Shown here in pieces: positions 57,691 to 64,000 of a DNA stretch of 64,000 bases. Origin of the DNA: Armatimonadota bacterium (GTDB lineage Bacteria; Armatimonadota; HRBIN16). How positions within the stretch are numbered: the first letter of the stretch is position 1; each line of letters opens with the position of its first letter. The notes beneath the pieces are model-generated. The model was given only the letters and a program-made list of their open reading frames with translations. It was not told the origin of the DNA and did no database searches. A program made the position numbers and the translations under genes. The DNA is taken from the NCBI GenBank assembly GCA_963677485.1, contig OY781964.1, forward strand, positions 1,184,001 to 1,248,000. Direction: 5' to 3'.

Positions 57691-57717
57691 GTAGGGGCAG
57701 GCCCCTGTGCCTGCCCC
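57691..57717. repeat. GTAG-type REP hairpin
   Basis: gtaggggcaggcccctgtgcctgcccc. Confidence 0.7.
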
Positions 57718-57764
57718 TTGAATACAAACTAACACGATATTACGCTAGATGGGGTGACTTTGAT

Positions 57765-59057
57765 ATGGCCCAGATTCTTGGGTTTCGAATACATAATTTC
57801 CGCGCGTTGAAAGATATCACCCTTGGCCAGTTGTGGAACCAACAAGGCGGTAGTGCTCTCACCCCCATGACGGCAGTGATCGGCAAAAACGGTGTTGGTA
57901 AAAGTACGCTTTTTGATGCATTTGGTTTTGTGGCTGACTGTTTGAAAAGCGGCGTCGAAGAGGCTTGCGACACCCGTGGTCGCGGAGGTTTCCATAGCAT
58001 CCGTTCGCAGGGTCATGACGGTCCAGTTGAGTTTGAGGTCAACTACCGCGAAGATTCGAACGCACGTCCAATCACATATGAATTGTCTATTGATGTCGAT
58101 CATACTGGGCGTCCGTATGTGTCAAGGGAGCGGCTAAGACAAAGGCGTAAAGGGGAATCTCGAGGGCGTCCATATTCATTTCTGTTCCTCAATAATGGTT
58201 CTGGAGTTGTCTGGAAGGGGGAGCTTGAAGGCGGCCTCATAGATGAAGCTAACAGCACCCTTAATCTTTTGGAGCTAATTGAAGAGGCTAGCACAAGTAA
58301 TGGTAATAATGAAACCAATGCGTCTGAAATTATTGAACTTGAAGACAGGCGAAAACTTGGCATCGCCACTTTAGGGTCGCTAAAACAGCACCCCCGGATA
58401 TCCGCCTTTCGGAAGTTCATTGAGGGATGGTATCTCAGCTATTTCACGCCTGATGCGGCACGCAGCCTCCCTCTGGCAGGTGCACAAAAACATCTCAATA
58501 GTCATGGTGATAACCTAGGAAATGTCGTTCAGTTCATGGAACGCGATCAACCGAGGCAGTTTCAATCTATCTTGAATCGGATTGCCAGTAAGATTCCGGG
58601 GATACACAGTATCGACACCGAAAAAACACAGGATGGAAGGCTCTTACTCCGGTTCAACGACAAAGGGTTTCAGGACCCGTTCTATGCCCAGCAGATGTCG
58701 GATGGTACGTTGAAAGTTTTTGCGTATCTTTTAATGCTCGAGGACCCAAATCCACCGCCATTCCTCTGTATCGAAGAGCCAGAAAATGGTCTTTACCACA
58801 AGCTGTTGGAGTCATTGGCGCAGGAGTTCCGCGAACACGCCACCGGCCGCAAGGGTGGTTCACAGATATTTGTGACCACTCACCAACCGTATCTGGTCGA
58901 TGCCCTCGAACCAGCGGAAGTATGGATTCTCGAAAAGGGCACCGATGGTTTCTCAACCATCAGAAGGGCCAGTGATGATCCAATTGTGAATAGCATGGTT
59001 GCAGAAGGGCTGCCTCTTGGTGGGCTGTGGTATAGCGACTATCTTGATGCGAGGTAA
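57765..59057 (+). CDS. AAA_21-type ABC ATPase (putative defence ATPase)
   Basis: NFRA, IGKNGVGKST (Walker A), MSDGT (signature), IEEPENGLY (Walker B), TTHQP (H-loop). Confidence 0.9.
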   Translation: MAQILGFRIHNFRALKDITLGQLWNQQGGSALTPMTAVIGKNGVGKSTLFDAFGFVADCLKSGVEEACDTRGRGGFHSIRSQGHDGPVEFEVNYREDSNARPITYELSIDVDHTGRPYVSRERLRQRRKGESRGRPYSFLFLNNGSGVVWKGELEGGLIDEANSTLNLLELIEEASTSNGNNETNASEIIELEDRRKLGIATLGSLKQHPRISAFRKFIEGWYLSYFTPDAARSLPLAGAQKHLNSHGDNLGNVVQFMERDQPRQFQSILNRIASKIPGIHSIDTEKTQDGRLLLRFNDKGFQDPFYAQQMSDGTLKVFAYLLMLEDPNPPPFLCIEEPENGLYHKLLESLAQEFREHATGRKGGSQIFVTTHQPYLVDALEPAEVWILEKGTDGFSTIRRASDDPIVNSMVAEGLPLGGLWYSDYLDAR

Positions 59058-59060
59058 ATT

Positions 59061-59717
59061 ATGCATTTTGAGATACTCGTCGAAGACCAATCCGGTAAAA
59101 AGGCACTTGATATATTGGTTCCGAAAATCATCGGCGATGAACACTCATATCGGATATTTGCATACAAAGGTATAGGGAAGGTACCTAAGAACTTAAAATC
59201 GTCACAGAGCGTAAAGCACCGCATGTTATTAAGCCAGCTACCGCGCTTGCTTCAAGGGTATGGAAATGCCTTCAGTCAGCAGAACCATGCATCCGCTGTC
59301 ATAGTGTTATGCGATCTAGATGATAAATGCTTAAAATCCTTACGTAACGAGCTTCTTGCTGTGCTTGAGAGTTGTCAGCCGAAACCAGAAACACGGTTTT
59401 GCATTGCGATTGAGGAGGGTGAAGCCTGGCTACTAGGAGATTTGGCAGCGATTACAACTGCCTACCCAAAAGCTAAACAATCTGTTATAAATCACTACCG
59501 TAATGACTCGATCTGTGGCACCTGGGAGTGCCTTGCAGATGCTATCTATTCGGGTGGTGCCAGGGCATTGACAGCAAAAGGTTGGTCAGCCGTAGGAACC
59601 GCGAAATCGACTTGGGCCGAACGCATAACGCCATTTATGTGCATAGACCGAAACACCTCGCCCAGCTTCCAGTATTTCGTTCAAAAGATGAAGGAACTCG
59701 CAGGCAAAGAGCTGTAA
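59061..59717 (+). CDS. DUF4276-family (TOPRIM-like) protein
   Basis: ILVEDQS, LCDLD, EEGEAWLLGD, NTSPSF. Immediately downstream of the ATPase. Confidence 0.82.
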   Translation: MHFEILVEDQSGKKALDILVPKIIGDEHSYRIFAYKGIGKVPKNLKSSQSVKHRMLLSQLPRLLQGYGNAFSQQNHASAVIVLCDLDDKCLKSLRNELLAVLESCQPKPETRFCIAIEEGEAWLLGDLAAITTAYPKAKQSVINHYRNDSICGTWECLADAIYSGGARALTAKGWSAVGTAKSTWAERITPFMCIDRNTSPSFQYFVQKMKELAGKEL

Positions 59718-59769
59718 GTTCCTGTGGTTTTTGTGTTCCCATTTCGTGTGAATATATGTAAATCGCCAC

Positions 59770-60900
59770 CTACCCCAGCGCGTACTTCACCCAAAGCAGC
59801 CCCTTTGGGGTGGAGCCATGGCGGTAGTGCTGTTCATACATCGCCTGATGGAGGATGGGCTGACGGCTTGCGTAATATACCGTGAGTATCTCACCGGGGT
59901 GAACCTCAAGCGACATCGGGTATCCCATGTCCGGCTGATCTTCCCATTGGTCCAGCGTGATGATGTTCGCAGTGTCCCAGCTTCGGCCATTATCATATGA
60001 TAACACCGCCCGGATACTCCAGGGATCTCTGCGATGGCCGTAGGTGCATAGAATCGCCCCACTAGACAGTTTCAACAAATGCGCCGGCAGCCCCCAGAAT
60101 GGAAGTTCACGAGGTTCTGACCAGCTTAACCCGGCGTCGGTGGACTCGCTTTGCAGCATGGTGGAACCGACATCTGGCATGACAGCTCGGAAGAGTGCCA
60201 GATAGTGCGTAGGGCCGATCTCCAGAAAGGCCCGCTCGTTCAGGCGGGATGTGGGCAGTTGAATCCCAAGCTCCACTTCGTTGGCGGAATCATCAGGGGG
60301 CATCATCTCACTGGGCACAACAGATTTGCGTGTCCAGCTCTGTCCCTGGTCGTGCGAAATGAAGCAGCACATCTCCACTGCGTTCGCGATGGTGTCATAA
60401 CCGAACGTGATCAAGCAGCCGTCGGACAGTGCGAAGGGGCCTGAATGAGCGGCTCCCCACTGAGGTAACCCGTGAAGTGTGGTTTCCCAAGTGTGACCGC
60501 CATCTGTGGAGCGCATCAACCAGCTTCCCTCCAGCTCTTCGATCATTTGGGGGGTGACCCTGTCACGGCGCGAGTGCCACTCCGGCCGACAGTATGCCTC
60601 GCGTATGAACTCGACTGAGGTGAACCAGGAGGCGGTGATTGTGCCGTCCGGCAGGATCGCCAGGGTGCCGTCGCGGTCATCAAGTTCGCTGTTGTAGATC
60701 TCTTCAGGAAGGCTCCAGGTGGTTCCGCCGTCCAGCGAACGCATGATGACCTCACGCCCGAATGGGCAGACATGGTGCTTCCGTTCGGAAGCGATGACCA
60801 GCAACTCGTCGCCTTTGATTCGTATCAGTCCAGGCCAGCTATACATCTGCCCTGGGCGTGATGCGATAACTCCGTGAGTGAAGTGGCTTGCTCTCAGCAT
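59770..60900 (-). CDS. Sialidase/BNR-repeat (Asp-box) family hydrolase
   Basis: Five Asp-boxes (SLDGGTTW, STDGGHTW, SHDQGQSW, STDAGLSW, SYDNGRSW) and DMGYP. Confidence 0.85.
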   Translation of the reverse strand: MLRASHFTHGVIASRPGQMYSWPGLIRIKGDELLVIASERKHHVCPFGREVIMRSLDGGTTWSLPEEIYNSELDDRDGTLAILPDGTITASWFTSVEFIREAYCRPEWHSRRDRVTPQMIEELEGSWLMRSTDGGHTWETTLHGLPQWGAAHSGPFALSDGCLITFGYDTIANAVEMCCFISHDQGQSWTRKSVVPSEMMPPDDSANEVELGIQLPTSRLNERAFLEIGPTHYLALFRAVMPDVGSTMLQSESTDAGLSWSEPRELPFWGLPAHLLKLSSGAILCTYGHRRDPWSIRAVLSYDNGRSWDTANIITLDQWEDQPDMGYPMSLEVHPGEILTVYYASRQPILHQAMYEQHYRHGSTPKGLLWVKYALG

Positions 60901-61259
60901 GGTTTACCCCTTGTGTTGGTCTTGATGACCTTAAGATGTTCTGCTCCGATGGTCAGATCGATATGAACTGATTCTGGTCCGCTTAGATTTACTATACACC
61001 CGTCCAGCGTATCATTTGCATCCGAGGGGGTCGCGGCTCTCTTGTCGATGCTTACTGTTGTTGATTGTATGCAGGATGTCGGATTGAAAATGGTCAGGTA
61101 TGTCGTGTGGCCCTCCCCGAAGCGTTCCAGCCAAGTGTTTGGGTTGCTGGTGGAAGCCAGTGTCAGCAGACGCCAGCCAGCGGTGTTGATTTCCACCAGC
61201 ACAGGCATGAGTGTGGCATATGGCGGTCTGATTTTGCCACAAACACGGGGTCGCTCCAT
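60894..61259 (-). pseudogene. Probable C-terminal remnant of a larger hydrolase gene
   Basis: AGWRLLTLASTSNPNTWLERFG...YLTIFNP looks like a C-terminal beta-domain; the upstream frame is broken; it overlaps the sialidase start. Confidence 0.45.
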
Positions 61260-61529
61260 GCTGAGATCGCTGTATTACAGAATAGACCACGACTTGGCTC
61301 CGCTCATGAACCGCACGATGATGGCCTCGCGTGTCGCCTGGTAGCGGGCGACTCTCATGATCAAACCGCTACTGATGCGCAACTGCTGCGGAACTGTGAA
61401 ATCCAGCCGTGAGCAGCCTCCTGTGGTTCATATTGGGCGATTTGACAGTAGAGTGATGCTATCATATAATGATTTCATTGCGCACGGTTTCCTGTAATGC
61501 CAACACTTCATAGTGACTGAGGTATACCC

Positions 61530-62837
61530 ATGAAATGGTATAAACTTGCCATATGCTTCCTGCCGCTGCTGGCGGAAGGTTCTAGCTCTGAGGCAGCATC
61601 GCCAAAACCACCTGTAGGACAAAGTGTATCTCAACGTATCGAGACGAAATGCAGCCAGAGCGTTCGGGCCGCTAGAATTAGGGTCCAACCGCATAAGTTA
61701 GCAGACAACCGCAGCATCACATATCTAGATTTCATCGTCTGTGTGATTTCGGCTGACGGTACCGCCCTAGGCAGATATATGGATTTCGTGGGAATTCCGA
61801 ATCGCACGTCTCGTAAAAAAATAGATGCGGCCATTAGCAAACGTGCAATCGATGCCGCCGCAAAGAGGCAGTATCAATTGCTGGCGGCTGACGGCAAAAG
61901 CTACGAATATAAACTGGCGGCGTTCGGGGCCGATTGTAATACTGTCATTCTCAAACCAGCCAACCCTATACCAGCTCAGCCATATCTCGATATCAGCCGT
62001 CTTGCTGTGCCGGTGTTGGCCCAACGGTATAGAACATACACAGGACCAAATGACCCGATATATAGAGAGAAACCCAGAATGGGTTCTATTATCGTGGGTG
62101 GTATAGGAACCGGTCCGATGTCATTCGGTAATGGTCTCATATTTCGCGACTCCGATGGCTCGTTTATCGGCTACAACTCATCTATCGGTGCAAAAAATGT
62201 AGTCATGAACAGCACTAAGCCACTAATGAGTTTCATCGAAGCCAACAGCACGGTTCGTTTTAAGAAAAAGCCCGAGCCGAAGGCGGTATATAGCGATCTA
62301 TACCGTCGGATACTGACTCAAATGCCACCTTACATGCAGTATCTCTTTCAGAGTTCCAAAACAAAGCACTACCTCAATGCCAGATTCTTACGCTTTGACG
62401 GATTGGCAGTAGACCATATTCCTGTGATGGACAAAAAAACAGCAAAGACCACTCAGATCGCCATGTGGGACAACCGCGAACACATGATGCGGTTCGTGAG
62501 GCTGGATTCTGGACTAGCCGGAGGTTTGTGGATGCCGGTGGAAAAGCTGAAGATCAGGGCACTCATGCCTGCCAAGCCTATGAAGCGTCAATTGAAGCCT
62601 AATGAGATCATATTCGGGGTCGAATACGATGACTTCACCGAAACACCAGTAGTCATCCAAACGAAAGTCACTGCTGTGAGTGGTCATACTGTGTTTTTGG
62701 ATAAGTCATCACTGTGGCGCTGGATATTCACAGCCGATGCTCAACCGATAGGCAAGTCGGTACCAGACGAAAAGACAGGTCGGCCGGTATTACTTCGATT
62801 GGACGAGTTGCAACAGCGGTTGTCGAAAGTGAGGTAG
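61530..62837 (+). CDS. Exported hypothetical protein with degenerate trypsin-like domain(s)
   Basis: Signal peptide; the N-terminal half is paralogous to the next gene. Confidence 0.7.
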   Translation: MKWYKLAICFLPLLAEGSSSEAASPKPPVGQSVSQRIETKCSQSVRAARIRVQPHKLADNRSITYLDFIVCVISADGTALGRYMDFVGIPNRTSRKKIDAAISKRAIDAAAKRQYQLLAADGKSYEYKLAAFGADCNTVILKPANPIPAQPYLDISRLAVPVLAQRYRTYTGPNDPIYREKPRMGSIIVGGIGTGPMSFGNGLIFRDSDGSFIGYNSSIGAKNVVMNSTKPLMSFIEANSTVRFKKKPEPKAVYSDLYRRILTQMPPYMQYLFQSSKTKHYLNARFLRFDGLAVDHIPVMDKKTAKTTQIAMWDNREHMMRFVRLDSGLAGGLWMPVEKLKIRALMPAKPMKRQLKPNEIIFGVEYDDFTETPVVIQTKVTAVSGHTVFLDKSSLWRWIFTADAQPIGKSVPDEKTGRPVLLRLDELQQRLSKVR

Positions 62838-62848
62838 TGGTGAACATC

Positions 62849-63622
62849 ATGCGTAAACTCTGGTTATCTTTGGTCATCCTGCCATTGCTGGCGGGCTGTT
62901 CGTTATTTACCCATCAGCCGATTACCCCGCCCGCTGGCCTAAATGCGCAGCAGAAGGTGGAGTGGAGCACCAGTAATTGCGTGCGGTCAGTGAAAGAGCG
63001 TAGACCTTGGATTCATAAGATTTTTCCATGCAAATGCGTCGATCTCGAGTATTATGTCACGATCATCTCGCCAGATGGAACCGCTCTTGCTAGCTACCGG
63101 GACGCCGTACTCAAACCTGCCAGCGCGTTTATGAGCGTGCCCGCAGATGTCAAGCAGAAATACCTTGATCGGGCCACCCAAAAGCAGTATAATTTGCAGG
63201 CCGTTAATGGCAGACGTTACCCATATCACGTGACAGCTATATCCGCCGACTGTGAAAGCGCGATCCTGAAACCCGTGAAGCCGATCCCGCCGCAGCCATA
63301 CCTGGATATCAGCCGCATTGAAGCAGCGAAGGCTGGTCAGAGTTACCGCGGGGTGGTGGGTCCGGAATCGGCCGAAGATCCCGCTTCCCTCACAAATGGT
63401 CACATCACGGTTAGTAGACTGGTTGACGGGGCAGCGTCGGCTAGTATCAATCTGTTGTTCCGTGAGTCCGATGGATCATTTGCGGGCTTCTGCCACTCTG
63501 CAGAAACCGGGTATCTTGCGGCAACAAACCTGAAGCCTCTGCAGAGGTTCATACAGGCGAACAGCTCGGTGCGGTTTGTAGATACGCCGAAACCGAAGCA
63601 TGGGCAACCGGGAATCCCGTAG
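62849..63622 (+). CDS. Lipoprotein, paralogue of 61530-62837
   Basis: Lipobox LAGC; shares ISxDGTAL, KQYxLxAxxGxxYxY, ADC..ILKP..PIPxQPYLDISR and FRxSDGSF with the upstream gene. Confidence 0.72.
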   Translation: MRKLWLSLVILPLLAGCSLFTHQPITPPAGLNAQQKVEWSTSNCVRSVKERRPWIHKIFPCKCVDLEYYVTIISPDGTALASYRDAVLKPASAFMSVPADVKQKYLDRATQKQYNLQAVNGRRYPYHVTAISADCESAILKPVKPIPPQPYLDISRIEAAKAGQSYRGVVGPESAEDPASLTNGHITVSRLVDGAASASINLLFRESDGSFAGFCHSAETGYLAATNLKPLQRFIQANSSVRFVDTPKPKHGQPGIP

Positions 63623-63664
63623 GGGCGGGGTTCCCCCGCCCCAGGGCGCGGAAACCGCGCCCCT
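63619..63664. repeat. GTAG-type REP double hairpin
   Basis: gtaggggcggggttcccccgcccc followed by agggcgcggaaaccgcgcccct; similar in reverse to 8143-8190. Confidence 0.75.
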
Positions 63665-63691
63665 TGTCAAACCGGACCGGTCATGCCCCAT

Positions 63692-64000
63692 CTACCCCCA
63701 AACCGAGTGCAGCTCATGCACCTCCAGCCGTTCCACCTTCAGCTTGCCGGCAGAGCCGCACGCAAGGCTCACGGCCCGATGCTCCGCATCAGGGATCACG
63801 GCGACCGGCATGTACAGCTCGCCCTTGTTGCCGAATATCTCCAGCGTAGACCTATCGACCACCACACGCAGTTCCAGTTTACCGTCAACCGAAGTCAGTG
63901 GACCAACACATCCCTGGCAATACAACTGCTGTTTGTGGCCATCATAAAACACAGGAACTCCACGCACATCCAGTATCAGCCAGCCGCTTTTCGGCAGCAC
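63692..64000 (-). CDS. C-terminal end of a GH32 (levanase/beta-fructofuranosidase) gene, truncated by the window edge
   Basis: LELRVVVDRSTLEIFGNKGELYM and ELHSVW are typical of the GH32 C-terminal beta-sandwich. Confidence 0.75.
   Translation of the reverse strand: MLPKSGWLILDVRGVPVFYDGHKQQLYCQGCVGPLTSVDGKLELRVVVDRSTLEIFGNKGELYMPVAVIPDAEHRAVSLACGSAGKLKVERLEVHELHSVWG

Overview
64 kb of GC-rich bacterial chromosome with about 52 protein-coding genes. No rRNA, tRNA, CRISPR array, transposase, integrase or prophage was recognised. Gene content suggests Armatimonadota (inference, not a database result): a prepilin-type N-methyl/H-X9-DG protein, a DUF6785-like membrane protein, dockerin-like C-terminal modules, URO-D paralogues, many sugar hydrolases and kdsA. 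Housekeeping genes include kdsA, a transaldolase, melA, an ABC-F ATPase, and dnaA, which has no adjacent dnaN and sits head-to-head with an orphan N6-adenine methyltransferase. The most striking gene (17012-18187, minus) is a eukaryote-style ERI1/3'hExo-like DEDD exonuclease fused to four RanBP2-type zinc fingers of the ssRNA-binding subtype. It has a bacterial AGGAGG RBS and a His-to-Asp change at the catalytic base. Many intergenic gaps are mosaics of at least seven recurring repeat families (REP-like hairpins, a ~145-bp MITE-like element with a tandem triplication, and 8-10-nt micro-repeats), often nested inside perfect inverted repeats. Other notable items are several apparent pseudo-enzymes (two degenerate trypsin-like paralogues, an M48-like protein without HExxH, an MNT without DxD), an AAA_21 + DUF4276 putative defence pair, a Prok-RING protein, a ceramidase-SCP2 fusion and one frameshifted gene. 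Start codons were adjusted by eye from RBS and homology; family calls come from motif recognition, not from searches.
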